Shown here piece after piece: positions 36,420 through 50,800 of a stretch of 64,000 bases of DNA (the first letter of the stretch is position 1; the number at the start of each line of letters is the position of its first letter). The notes under the pieces are model-generated. The model searched no databases. It saw nothing but the letters and a program-made list of their open reading frames with translations, and was not told the origin of the DNA. The stretch lies in NCBI GenBank assembly GCA_964035545.1, contig OZ037768.1, forward strand, positions 24,151,319 through 24,215,318. Direction: 5' to 3'. This DNA is from Bugula neritina (lineage: Eukaryota > Animalia > Bryozoa). A program made the translations under genes and the position numbers.

Positions 36420-39400
36420 TTAGTTGTGTTTCTTGTCTTTGCTAGTACTGCTACGAGCCCTGCTGCTGCTACCTAATTTCTTCCTTCTCAACGCTGCCAT
36501 ATGTAACATCATCTTAGTCAGCCCTTCAATGATAACATGATTGGTTCAGTTCACAAGTCAGTCACTATAATACCTTGCACCACTCCATGCACTAGTTGTG
36601 AGTATACTGTGTGTAGGAATAGTCTAATATAAAGGTGTGTACTTACCAATGGGAATGATGAGCAGGTGCATGTACATATACGTAGTGATGGAGATGCTGA
36701 AGTTGTAAGTGTTTGGGAGTTCCAGAGAGAACTTTCCAGAACTCTCATATAATGGTATACTCAGCCAAACAACCATCCCTACAGTATATAATATATAATG
36801 GTGTACTCAGCAATACAACCATCCCTACAGTATATAATATATAATGGTATACTCAGCCAAACAACCATCCCTACAGTATATAATATATAATGGTATACTC
36901 AGCCAAACAACCATCCCTACAGTATATAATATACATGAAAAAATATATCATTGAAAAAGAAGTTAAATCCCGGAGGACTTAAAAAATTGTTGAAGAGATT
37001 GAATACAAATGCCCCCCCCCCTCCCCGTAGACTTTCACTATTGCTAAAATTTTTCAGGAAATATTTGCTAAAACTTCATATTGGGAACTTTAAGTGGTAT
37101 AGGTCATCTGAAGGCACATGTATATACAGACTTAGTACTTACATTCACAGCCAGTTCCGAGAGGGTACAGAGGTATCCACATCGTGTATCTGAGCCAGGT
37201 GAGGAACTTGAGGCTAAGTCCCATGGAAGTCAGCATATAGAAAGGATGTCGGATGACATCAGCAAGCGACCAGAACAGAACCAGGTAACTCACGAAACTG
37301 GAGCCATGAATTCCCGGCTCATTCCAAATCACTACGAGTAGAATGAAGTTACGTCCACATGTCTAAAAGACAAACACCATGGAATAATACATTACTAGAT
37401 ATTTTAACTTCAGAAGGCTATAGGATTGATTTATACAGTTTTACTAAAACATGGGATATGATACATGATGCAAGCACTGTAATGTGCTCAGCTATTTTAT
37501 GAGAGTAGAAATAACAAAGTGGAATAGCTGTAATCTTACCGCCTACCTGTATAAGTGGGGAGACAAAACTGGACTTGACTAGTCCCACTATTGGGTGGAC
37601 AACTTCCAAGAATGAGAACAGCTGGGCTATTATAAGCACAGTGCCTACATCCTCAAAGGCGTTATAATCTGCAAAGTTAACAGATGAGAAACATTTTGCA
37701 GCCTGTAACCAAAACAAATTAATTAAAAGTTGATAATAAAATAAAAAAAGAAAAATTTCTAAAATGGCGTCTTGATGAAACTAAAATCCTGCTAACATTT
37801 GGACGAGATGATTTAATTACTAGAGTGATAAAATTCAATGAGTTATTTATAAATTCAATATTTATATGAACACAGCATGTGACTACATACAAATACTGTC
37901 AATTATAATTTTAAAGAAAAATACCAATCCAGTTTCTATGTCCCTTTGTCTAGCTCAGTAATAAAAATATATTCAAATATATTTTGCTATGTCCGTTGCT
38001 AATATCCCATGTATAAAAACAACAAGCATATGGTAAGCATATGGTAATTGGTAAGCATATGGTAAGCATATAGTAAGCATACAGTAAGCATACAGTAAGC
38101 ATATGGTAAGCATACAACAAGCATACAGTAAGCATACAGTAAGCATATATTCAGTGTAAACCTACCTTCAGTGGTGAAGATTCCAATCATCACTTTAACT
38201 AAGATAAAGGAATAAGCTATGAGATGAAAGAGGCTGTAGGAGAAGAGGTAATTCTTTTTAATATCTTCAATGGCTGCAGAGAACAAATATATGATGTCTT
38301 GTTATCAGAGAGAGTGCACCATCAAGTATTCACATCAAAATGCATTGAAAGAGAAACTCAAGTTTACACTTATTTTCCTTTTCAAATTTTAATAAAATAA
38401 ATTTATTAAAACTAGGTCCCATGAACAATTAGACAAAATTTGATGAAAAAACTGATTGAAACTCAAACTGTATAACCTATTTATATCCTAAAAGAAGTTT
38501 GTCTTTTTACTTACATTACATCTACACTGACATTACATCTACACTTACATTACATCTACACTTACATTACATCTACACTTACATTACATCTACACTTACA
38601 TTTAGGGCACTCCATAATAAAGTAGCTTTTATAAAACTTTATTAAAATATTTTAATGAGACTAGTTTCGCAACAAACGTATTGAAATTGTCATTGGTTGA
38701 AAAAAACACAACGCTAACTCAACATTCCCACCCACCCACCCCTAGTTTATAAAAAAAATTGAAACAAATTTATTTCTATGTCTCATATACTGACCCTTAT
38801 CTTGAGTCTCTGCCATTTCACTAGTCAGCTTATCTATATACTCTTTCTCCAGCTGTAACCACAAACTCAATATATAGATAGCAAATTATCAGTTTCGAAT
38901 CTTCAAATGAAGCTAATTAATTTCATATGCATACATGACAAATATAATTATTATATATATATATTAAACAATAATAATACACACAGCCTATCTGAGTATC
39001 ATATACAATCCATCAGATTATCATAGACCAACCCTTTTCTTTTCTCTCTCCATCTCTTCCTCGTCATCGGAGATGTCCATCTTATCAAAGTCTGGTCTGA
39101 TCCAGGCGTGCTTAGCAACGTCCTTCGTGAGTCTTGGCCAGGATTCATCTCGAGCAGTCGTGTCTCGCTTTGGAATGTCTAGTAACACTTCGGAACCGGT
39201 CACTCGAAGGCGTGATTTCTAGTGAATATTTACAGTCCATAATTTCTTATACTTTACAGTGTCAGGGGGGGGGGGATCCTGTTGAAAGCTTTTAGCATTG
39301 TATGTGATGTGAGAATGAATTATTCATTCAAAAATACAGATTGTAGTGCATTTGATAGCTTAAAAATTCTTACCTCTGGAGAAATATGTCTGTAAGGCTT

Positions 39401-39927
39401 AATACTGAACTTGTAAACACAATCTCCGTGAGCACCAACACCTCGCCCTTCGAAGCTAATTTGATCATTCGATAGGTCTACATCTGGCTGTTCCTGCAAT
39501 GGAACAGTTACAGTTATAATACTGTATAAGTGTATTACTATTAGCGCTATCACTATCACTTATGTGTATGGTTGTGACTGCACCTGAGAAGTTTAGACTC
39601 GGTTTTTTGGTACTGATAGTATCACTATCAGTGATACTGAGTTGATAGTTGATGTCATTGGCATTGTAAATGTAATACTAATACAGTAACAGTCATACTG
39701 ATATTGGGAATCATAGAAATAATGAAAATAATTATTCATTTAATTGTCATTCACATTGATAATCTCTTAATCAGTTAATGAGTTAATCTTATAGTTAAAC
39801 TTGATCAGTTATTGTTATTGTTAATGCTACTCACGGTAACATCCTTTAGGGCTATTTTTATGAATATGTTTTGAGCAGATTGTCCCCAATATATAAATGG
39901 AGAAGGAGTTGGTGACGCTGATGGCAT
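36420..39927 (-). CDS. HACD3: Very-long-chain 3-hydroxyacyl-CoA dehydratase 3 (PTPLAD1; CS domain + PTPLA domain), 9 exons
   Basis: Exons 39927-39835, 39493-39374, 39218-39033, 38852-38795, 38273-38166, 37668-37547, 37362-37143, 36778-36647, 36523-36420. Motifs PFIYWGQ, WPRLTK...WIRPDFDK, LEVVHPIVGLVK, GRNFIL, WSLADVIRHPFY, TWLRYTMWIPLYPLG..CE; C-terminal KKHN (KKxx ER retrieval signal). Confidence 0.93.
36748..36932. repeat. 46-bp repeat x4 spanning the HACD3 exon 8 acceptor plus exon start
   Basis: Minus-strand unit ATTATATACTGTAG|GGATGGTTGTTTGGCTGAGTATACCATTATAT; period 46. Confidence 0.93.
38021..38146. repeat. ~11-bp repeat just downstream of the HACD3 exon 5 donor
   Basis: GTAAGCATACA / GTAAGCATATG units. 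Confidence 0.85.
38508..38601. repeat. 17-bp tandem repeat x~5
   Basis: Unit ACTTACATTACATCTAC. Confidence 0.9.
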
Positions 39928-41823
39928 TGCAGTTGCTTAACACAAGCAAAAAAGCGCACAGATGACGCGTAATTGCAACAGAATATAAGTATAAGTTCAT
40001 TCAAAAATAAATCTTCGACTGAAATTAGGAACCTTGAACTTTTTTAGAAATGAAATTACTAGATGCAGCGCTCAAGCTCATTTTGAAGCTACGATGCTCG
40101 AGATCCTAAATGTTGTAGTGAAACTTTTATTCTAACAAAATTATGTCACAAACTAAAGCAAAAATAATACGGCGGCACGCAGGTTATAACAAAGTGCAGA
40201 GCCACTTCTACCGTTTTAACTTGCTTTCATTGATCTCTAACAGTCAAATAACACTAGTGTCACCAGTCAAGTTGACGGATCGTACTTTTCCAATAAATTC
40301 ACATAGTCGGTATCATTGCCACAATCCATAGTTGCCATGTGTACAAAAAGAAAGTTACAAAGAAAGTACAAGCGTTGTTGTGAAATGAATATTTTGACTA
40401 TATCAGTATTTTGAGCATGAGTATCTACACACTAATACGTGCAAATTTTTTAAAAATATGTTTGCCTTTCAAATAAAGCGTAAAACTTAACGTTCCAAGT
40501 TCTGATTCAACTCACAACTCGTCAACTGTTATTCATTTTCATTGTGATTGTGTGTAAAACTAAAACGGCTAAAGTAAAACTTACACTAAAAGTAAAAGCT
40601 CTTTTAAGTTAGTCACGTTGAACTTGATGATTAATCTTACTCTTAGTCATCTCAAATGAATGAACGATACTCGATAGCAGACTGCAACGAAGACACACTC
40701 ACACTGACGCTGACATTAGATGATTCACTCAATAGGGATTACTATTAGTCACTGGCACTCGCACTTACTCTCAATATGACTATGCTATTGATAGTAATAC
40801 TAATAGCATGATACTCACTATGACATTGACTATGGGTATGAGTCTCACAGTTGAACTAAAGCTTAAAATATCACTCTGCGTCTGGCAATGGGTATCAGTA
40901 TGAGTTTACCAAATTGAATACCATTATGATATTATGACTATGAGTATGAGTACGACTATAAGTTAAACTCAAAGTTAAAGTGAAATATGAATAACTCATT
41001 ATGATTATGACTATCACAATTAATATTATGCTGATACTCATACTGGTACTACATAAATGTTGACTAGGCTATTAATATTAGACTTTGTATTAGACTTGCA
41101 CTTGGTCTTAGTATTACTTATTACTATTAGTATCAGTATTACATTCATCAGCGATATTACCAATTACCATGCAGTCACAGTGATTATCTTTAGGATTATT
41201 AAAATTTGCAATTAATCTGAAATGACCGAAATCAAAATAATGGTAGTGACTAAACTGAGGATCACGGTATTATCTTTACAGTTTATGGTATTCTGGTGTC
41301 AATGATATTATAATGTTGGTTGTTAAATTAATTACATTTGCATATCTTCATTTTGAGTATGACTAAGATCATGATTATGAGGTGACTATTAACTTTTTAT
41401 TGAAATTAGTAATTAATATCAGCATAGCTTTTACATTGTGGCTGCTATTAGTAATAACTATTAGTTAATACTTAATTGTCCAATGTAAATTTAACTATTG
41501 TACTAATTGAGTGCAATATAACGTTTTTATTTTGTAATTATTTCTTGTAACTGCTGTTACTTTAGGAAGACAGTGCAAAGACACTACCTTGCTAAACATA
41601 ACTAAACTTGTTTATTTATTAATTTGCTCAGCTCAAAACAGTTGCAGTTTTAAGTTGATACTTTTCCAGGTGTTTTATGAACTGTCTGTAAGAACTCATT
41701 TATTTTTATTTTTACATTTTTGCGATGGTTCTGTATTTTTGAAGCTAGGCCTATTGATATTCTAGCTTCCTTGGCTTTATTCCTAATCTATCAAAAATCT
41801 CCGTTAACAAAAGTCAGTGAAAG

Positions 41824-44800
41824 ATGTTTTTGAGATTTTCAAAAGGAGATCCAGGAGCCCTGAAGCCTGTGTTGGCGGCTGAACTCGCGTCAAAATCTCT
41901 GCAATTGGACTCACTTGAGGGTACGTCTATAGGAAGTATTATATAGAGTTGTGAGGGGGTGTGTCTATAGGAAGTATTATATAGAGTGGTGAGGGGGTGT
42001 GTCTATAGGAAGTATTATATAGAGTGGTGAGGGGGTGTGTCTATAGGAAGTATTATATAGAGTGGTGAGGGGGTGTGTCTATAGGAAGTATTATATAGAG
42101 TGGTGAGGGGGTGTGTCTATAGGAAGTATTATATAGAGTGGTGAGGGGGCGTGTCTAAATTTAATAAATATTTAGCTTTCACCTGCAACTATTAGTTTGT
42201 TTTATGAAATAAGTCTTTCAGAAAATCTTGAAATATTTTCATTTCCATTAAATTTTCCAGCTAACACTTTATTTCTCTTATTTCAGCCAACTTCCGCCCT
42301 GCACTTCTCTGTGATGGTGAAGATTTGGAGTTGTTCTCTATGAATGCTGCCAGTTGGTGAGTGAAGCATGACCCCAGCTGACCCCCAGCTGCCTGTTTTT
42401 GTATCCTTTGACTGCCACGTATTCATTTCATACACACAGCTACTCCTTCACCTTTCAGCCCAAATCACACATTTGAATGTCTTAATCCTACAAATTAAAG
42501 CAGCATTTACTAAACCTAAAATATTTCTGAACTAGGTGACTGGAAATTCAGCCTTTATGTTACATCTTATATATGTCTTTGTTTTCTAATTACCTACCAA
42601 TACAGCACCACTCCTTTCTATATCTATTTTACACTATGACCGTTACTTTCAGCTACCTCCTCGGAGCAAAGATTTCACCTGAGTTAGACCAGTGGCTGGA
42701 GTGGGAGGCGACTGAACTCTCGGTGCGTAATACTCTACGCTTTTTATTTATTAAAGAAGTATTTTACCATCAACTATATAATAAAATAAAGTTTGAATTA
42801 GTTCATATTTATAGAGAACCTGCACCCAGCCTTCATATTCTGTGTTGGTGGAACTGTTCTATAGTCAGAGCAAGTGATGCGATGAAATTACTTTGTGATG
42901 ACTCATAAACTGAGTAATTATGACTCATCACTTCTGCAGACGTTATTCCTGTCACTCTCTTATTGTGTTACTTCTGGACATGTTGCAGCCACTGATTCAC
43001 CTTCACGTGGTGAGCTGTTTGAACAAGAAGGAAGATGCGGCTGTCAAAGCTAAGCTGCTGGGTTGTCTCACTCAGATGGAGAACTCACTCATCACTCTGG
43101 ACCAGTCTCTCCATTCAGTGCTCTGGTGTACCCTCTTCTCTCTGGTCACCAGCAAATCTCTGCCAGGTAGAGTGTTATCTGTAGCTGCTGTTGTCATCTA
43201 AAATATTTAGAGTGAATAGAGTTCAAGCATTCAATAGACTATTGTTAGAGTAGTAGAGTGAGTTGTGTGAGGAAAGTTATCATATCTTACAGAATCAGCC
43301 AATTACCTGTGACTCAGTGTACTGCAGGAGCTCTTTGTAGAGATCAAGTGAATGTGTGTTGTAGAGCTGGAGACATCATTTGTCAAGGTCAGCAAGTGGT
43401 ACAAGGAGTTGGCAGCACGAAAGGAGTATGTTAAAGCTGTCAGCGATGTCTTTACATCAGATCCTCTTTCAGTACTGAAGGTATGAGTATAGAGAGTATA
43501 TATAGGGAGTATATATATATAGTATATAGAGAGTATATATAGAGAGTATATATAGCTAGTGTATATATAGAGAGTATATATAGAGTATCTATAGAGTATA
43601 TGGCACCTGGAGCCCATGACAGTGGTGACAGTATCTGCATAGATAATGAAGACCTTGCCAGCGTCAATAAGTTTAAATATCTTGGGTCTACAGTGATGTG
43701 CAACAACAAGATGGATGAAGAGATTCATACAAGGATGTCCAATGCTTCAATCTCATTCGGCAGACTAAAGACCAAAGTGTAGTACAATAAGGATCTGTCA
43801 TTCAAGACCAAGTGTACAGAGCCATTGTCCTGTCCTCTCTGCTCTATGGAGCGGAGGCCTGGCCTGTATACAGGATAGCCGCTCACAAATTCAACACCTA
43901 TATGATGAGACATCTACGCCAGATCTTGAACGTGAAGTGGTGGGATTTCATCTCGAATGAGGAGACTCTAGCACAGGCAAATCTACCCAGCATGTATGAA
44001 CTACTCATTCAAAAAAACCTGAGATGGGCTGGTCATGTGCATCGAATGGATAACTCTAGATTACCTAAACAAATTCTCTATTCACAACTGAAAGAAGGCA
44101 CCCGTGGTGTTGGCAGGCCGCGACTGAGATTCAAAGATACCGTTAAACGCAATCTAAAAGACCTGAAGATCCCTATTGGTAGCTGGCAATCTCTCAGCAA
44201 AGACAGATGTAAATGGAGGACCATGATTCACCGGAAGTCATCTTCGGACACGAAGGACAGCTAATGAATGAATGAATATATATATATATAGAGAGTATGT
44301 AGAGAGTATATATAGAGAGAGTATATAGAGAGTATAGAGAGTATATATAGAGAGTATAGAGAGTATATATAGAGAGTATATAGAGAGTATATATAGAGTA
44401 TCTATAGAGTATATATATGTAGAGAGTATATAGAGAGTATATAGAGAGAGTATATAGAGAGTATATATAGAGAGTATATAGAGAGTATATATAGAGAGTA
44501 TATAGAGAGAGTATATAGAGAGTATATATAGAGAGTATATAGAGAGTATATATAGAGAGTATATATAGAGTATATATAGAGAGTATATAGAGAGAGTATA
44601 TATAGAGTATATAGAGAGTATATATAGGGAGTATATATAGCGAGAGTATATAGAGAGAGTATATAGAGAGAGTATATATAGAGAGTATATATAGAGTATA
44701 TATAGAGAGTATATAGAGAGAGTATATATAGAGAGTATATATAGAGTATCTATAGAGTATATAGAGAGTATATATAGAGAGTATATATAGAGAGAGTATA

Positions 44801-47800
44801 TATTTTCCAGGCTACTATAGTAAAACTGCCTCTCCCCGACTACTGCCTATCCAATGCATCCACCCCTGAGCCAGTGGTGTCTGGGCCGGCAGCAGGGGAT
44901 ATAGAGACTGCCTACCGTACTTGGTGCACTAAAGAGCAGCGCCCCCTGTCCTCTCGACAACATCCTGTGTGAGTTTTCCTAGTGATGTCATATAACTGCT
45001 GGAATACTGTGTCAGCTGTATAGACGGATCAGCATATTGACACTTACTGTTCACTTGTTGAGTAAATAGCACAGAGTATTATTAACACACCATGTAACCT
45101 GCAGACTGTACTTTCAGACTACCGGATGCAAGTAAGCGTAACGTGCTCATTACCAGTGCCTTGCCGTACGTCAACAACGTGCCTCACCTCGGTAATATCA
45201 TCGGCTGCGTCCTGTCTGCAGACGTCTTCTCGAGATTCTGTAGACTCCGGGGGTACAACTCCTTATATATCTGTGGTAAGGGGGTACAACTCCTTATATA
45301 TCTGTGGTAAGGGGGTACAACTCCTTATATATCTGTGGTAAGGGGGTACAACTCCTTATATATTTGTGGTAAGGGGGTACAACTCCTTATATATCTGTGG
45401 TAAGGGAGTACAACTCCTTATATATCTGTGGTAAGGGGGTACAACTCCTTATATATCTGTGCTAAGGGGGTACAACTCCTTATATATCTGTGGTAAGGGG
45501 GTACAACTCCTTATATATCTGTGCTAAGGGGGTACAACTCCTTATATATCTGTGGTAAGGGGGTACAACTCCTTATATATCTGTGGTAAGGGGGGTACAA
45601 CTCCTTATATATCTGTGCTAAGGGGGTACAACTCCTTTTATATCTGTGGTAAGGGGGTACAACTCCTTACATATCTGTGGTAAGGGGGTACAACTCCTTA
45701 TATATCTGTGCTAAGGGGAATACAAACCCCTTATATATCTGTGGTAAGGGGATACGCTACTCTCTCACTTGTACTCTGTCACAGGCACAGATGAGTACGG
45801 TACAGCCACTGAGACTAAGGCCGTACAGGAGGGGCTAACTCCCGAGGAGATCTGTGAGAAGTATTACCGACTCCACTCTGACATATACAAGTGGTTCAAC
45901 ATTGACTTTGATCACTTTGGGCGGACAACTACTTCTCACCAAACTAAGTAGGCGTATATTATCTGTCATATATATTACTAGTCATATATATGTATAATAT
46001 ATATCGTTTGTCATATGTGTGTAATATATACTATCTTTCATATAATGTTTGATGTACTAGATTCTTAGTCAATGATGAGTTGCTTTACTTTGATTTATTT
46101 TGTTCGTTGAATATTTTTACTTTTGTTTTGTTTTTCAATTTTACAACGTTGCTGTCTTCTTGTTCCTATTGAACTTTATTGTTTCACAGCCGCCATTTTG
46201 TATTTCAGAATATCCCAGGATATATTCTGGAAGGTGTATAAGAATGGTTACATCAGTAAAGACTCCGTCGAACAGTTGAGATGTGAGAAGTGTGAGAGGT
46301 AAGAGCTGTGTTACCATGAAATACTGTCACTATGAAATAACCTTTGTCATGTGACACTGGTGTTGCCATACAGTGCTGTTCCTATGTAGTAGTGTATGCT
46401 AATGTTGTATCCTTACAGGTTTCTAGCTGACAGGTTCGTAGAGGGCACGTGCCCTCTGTGTGGGTACGAGGATGCCCGTGGAGATCAATGTGATAAGTGT
46501 GGTAAACTGATAAACGCCGTAGAGCTCATTAACCCCAAGTGTAAGCTGTGTAAATCATCGCCGGTGGTGAAGAGCTCAAATCATCTCTTCCTTGATCTCT
46601 CCACGGTTGGTTGGAATATAGTATCTCGAGTTTACTAGCAGGCTATGCTGTATCTTAGGGTATCTCCTGTAGACGTCCCCTGCTTTGTTCACTGTCTCAC
46701 ATCAGTTGGTTCTAAGACTAGCTTAATCTCGAATAATATACTGTAGTAATAATTAAGGTGATATAATGATTTGATTACAGTATACTGGCATTAGTATTAT
46801 ACTTTGTGACTGTCTAAATTGAGAAGTTTCAGTAAGTTAATAAAACTACATAGTACAATCATTAGTGGGACAGAGTGGGTAGAGAGTGAGACTGAGTGAT
46901 TAGAGAGTGATACTGAGTGAGTAGAGAGTGAGACTGAGTGAGTAGAGAGTGAGACTGAGTGAGTAGAGAGTGAGACTGAGTGAGTAGAGAGTGAGACTGA
47001 GTGAGTAGAGAGGGAGACTGAGTGAGTAGAGAGTGAGACTGAGTGAGTAGAGAGTGAGTAGAGAGTGAAACTGAAGAATTGTTAACAAATACTGAAATCT
47101 GTTTGTTTAGCTGACGGACAAGCTATCAGAGTACCTGGCTGTGGAATGGGAAAGAGGTACGTGGTCCCACAATGCCAAGGTTATCACTAAGGCATGGCTA
47201 AGAGATGGACTGAAGCCGCGGTGTATCACCCGAGACCTGAAATGGGGGACTCCTGTGCCACTAGAGGGTTTCACAGACAAAGTGTTCTATGTGTGGTTTG
47301 ATGCTCCTATTGGCTACATCTCCATCACTGCCAGCTATACTGACCAATGGGAGAAGTGGTGGAAGAATCCTCAACAGGTACCCGTTTAGCCCTGCACTTC
47401 CATCGTCCAAGTAACTAACTACTAACTAACTAGCTAACTAACTAACTACTATATACTAACTACTAGCTTACTAACTAACTAACTAACAAACTAACTACTA
47501 GCTAATTAACTAATTAACTACTATATACTAACTACTAGCTAACTAACTAATAACTAGTTAACTAACTAACTAGCTAACTAGAGGGTTATATAGTAAAGTT
47601 TGTTCAAAGTTACAGCTTGTAGTTTGCTAGTAACATAGAAAAGAAAACTCCTATCTCCATGGTTGGTTAAACATATCAACATGTTACAACATAGTAAATG
47701 TTATCATATAATCTGCTTTTAAAATTTAATAGTTGCAAAAGTCTTATATTAAAAATATTGTCCTCTATAAAGAAAGTGTGGAATACGTCTGCTTATTGAC

Positions 47801-50800
47801 AGGTTGAGACGTATAACTTCATGGCAAAGGACAACGTGCCCTTTCACAGTGTCGTGTTTCCCTGCACTCAGCTCGGAGCTGATGATAACTACAGCATAGT
47901 CAATCACCTCTGTGCCACAGGTGCGTTCTGCAGAGCTTCTGCCTTCTGCACAGTTTCTGCGTTCTGCAGAGCTTCTGCCTTCTGCACAGTTTCTGTGTTC
48001 ATAATCCTCAGGTGTCAAACTGGAAATTGTGTTTATAACACTCTACTTCAATTTCTATTATTCTAGTATTATAACTTCTAGTGTTTTATACCTGATTAAA
48101 ACTATATAATAATATATATTTCATAGTATAGGGAATGCTGTTATATGACATTTTAATATGTTGAATACATTGTGTAACATTTGTTGAATATTAAGAAGTT
48201 ATAAATTTACTAATAAGATTAGTTTCTTGTAAAAATGTTGAAAGTTTTTACTCAGAAATTTGCACCTCATATTCACTGCATAGCCTGCTGCCGCCACTGC
48301 TGCCTTATATACTGTAACATTTCAGAGTACCTCAACTATGAAAACGACAAATTCAGCAAGAGTCGAGGTGTCGGTGTGTTCGGTAACGACGCTCAATCAA
48401 CCGGGATACCGGCGGACATCTGGCGGTTCTACCTGCTGTACATGCGGCCTGAGTCGCAGGACAGCACCTTCAGCTGGGACGACTTCCTGTTGAAGAACAA
48501 CAGCGAACTGCTCAGCAATCTCGGCAACTTTGTCAACCGGGCGCTCAAGTTCATAGCTGACTTCTACGGCGGAGTTATCCCTGAGATGCAGGTGACTGAA
48601 GAGGACAAGGTACTGTTGGCGCAAGTGACGGCTGAACTGGAGTCGTACGTCGACAAACTAGAAGCCGTGAGTGGATAATATTGTATACAGTCTACAGTGT
48701 ATAGTGTATAGTACACGCCTGAGACTTGAACTATATAAATAATGCCATATGATTGGTTGGATTTTAAGAAAGTACAGTTGGCTATGTAATCATGTAGGCT
48801 TTAGTTCCCCGAATGAGAGCTGATCTAACACTACCTGCATTAGGAGTATTTATTCATAGTAATTGCAGACGTGTCTATTAGTTGCAGACGTGTCTATTAC
48901 TTGCAGACGTGTCTATTAGTTGCAGACGTGTCTATTAGTTGCAGACGTGTCTATTACTTGCAGACGTATCTATTAGTTGCAGACGTGTCTATTAGTTGCA
49001 GACGTGTCTATTAGTTGCAGACGTGTCTATTAGTTGCAGACGTGTCTATTAGTTGCAGACGTGTCTATTACTTGCAGACGTGTCTATTAGTTGCAGACGT
49101 GTCTACTAGTTGCAGGCGTGTCTATTAGTTGCAGACGTGTCTATTAGTTGCAGACGTGTCTATTAGTTGCAGGCGTGTCTATTACTTGCAGACGTGTCTA
49201 TTAGTTGCAGGCGTGTCTATTACTTGCAGACGTGTCTATTAGTTGCAGACGTGTCTATTAGTTGCAGACGTGTCTATTAGTTGCAGACGTGTCTATTAGT
49301 TGCAGACGTCACACTGAATTGTGTTTCAGGCTCAGCTGAGAGACGGTATCTGGCACATGCTCAGTATCTCTAGACTAGGCAACCAGTACCTCCAGTCTAC
49401 AATGCCGTGGAAGTTGTACAAGAGTGCTGACGCCGCCGACAAGGCCAGGGCCGCCTCTGTAGTTGGTGAGTTGTCCTCTCTCACGCTGACTGAGGTATGA
49501 CTGCCTTGTCAGCAACTGGCCAAGCTGTAGTAAACTGTGATGTAGTAGTTGTCTCTCCTGTATTACAGGTATCGCTGCTAACATAGCCTGTCTTCTCTCA
49601 CTACTGATACACCCCTACATGCCAGAGGTCAGTCAGACTATGAGGGACCAGCTCAATATTCAGTCGCTATGGCAACTGGAAAAGTCCTTCACCTGTAACC
49701 TCAAACCTGGTCATAAAATCGGAAAGGTAGCTCACTATTTTATGTAATATAATAGTAACTGTAGATGTTATCTAATATGAAAAGTTCTTAACATAATATA
49801 ACTTTGCTTTAAAAAATTAAAATTGCAATTTCTTAATTTTATTGGGTTCAGCTTTTCACTGCCTTTTTTTAATAAGTTTCTAGTATCTTTTGGAGAATTT
49901 CTTAAGAAAGTAATTTTTTAAATCATCGCTAGACCCCACCCCTTTTCTGTCACTACTTCCCGTCACTACTTCCTGCCACTACTTCCTGTATGAAGATGGT
50001 GTGTTCTCTGTTTCTAGCCCTCGCCTCTCTTTGCCAAGATCGAACCTGAACTGATAAGTGAGTTGAAGAAAAGATTCTCTGGTACACAGGCTACAAGAGA
50101 AGCAGACAGCCAGGTGAAGGTCACAGCAGATCCTGCAGAGGCTAAGCGACTAGCTGCCGAAGTTGAGAGTCAGGTAAGATAACTCTATGAGTAGCACACT
50201 AGTAGCACATGAGTAGTACATGAGTAGTACATGAGTAGCACATGAGTAGTACATGAGTAGCACACGAGTAGCACACGAGTAGCACACGAGTAGCACACGA
50301 GTAGCACACGAGTAGCACACGAGTAGCACACGAGTAGCACATGAGTAGCACACTAGTAGCACATAAGTAGTACATGAGTAGCACATGAGTAGCACACTAG
50401 TAGCACATAAGTAGTACATGAGTAGCACATGAGTAGCACATGAGTAGCACATGAGTATCAGATGAGTAGTACATGAGTAGCACATGAGTAGCACATGAGT
50501 ATCAGATGAGTAGTACATGAGTAGCACATGAGTAGCACATGAGTAGTACATGAGTAGCACATGAGTAGCACATGAGTAATACATTAAACTTTGAGAAATA
50601 TAAAAGCTTTAGTGTCTTTTATATTTCTTGGATTTTTACGTAAAAGCTGTGCGGTCATGTGTGGTTGTTTTAGTAAGTAAAGTTGTCATCTCTTGACTTC
50701 TATCTGTTATACTGAAGGCGTCTAAAGTGAGAGAGCTCAAGGCGAGCAAGGCTGAGAAGTCTAAGGTAGATGAAGAGGTCGTGTTGCTACTCCAACTGAA

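Noticed and set aside
37669-37717. HACD3 exon 6 starting at the CAG at 37703
   Set aside because: Wrong phase relative to the exon 5 donor; the acceptor at 37669 keeps the frame.
42401-42410. Perfect U12 donor motif GTATCCTTTG in MARS1 intron 2
   Set aside because: Not at an exon boundary; extending exon 2 to it crosses a TGA stop.
43812-44264. Domesticated or active reverse transcriptase
   Set aside because: 5'-truncated, lacks the catalytic core, and has a stop and a frameshift.
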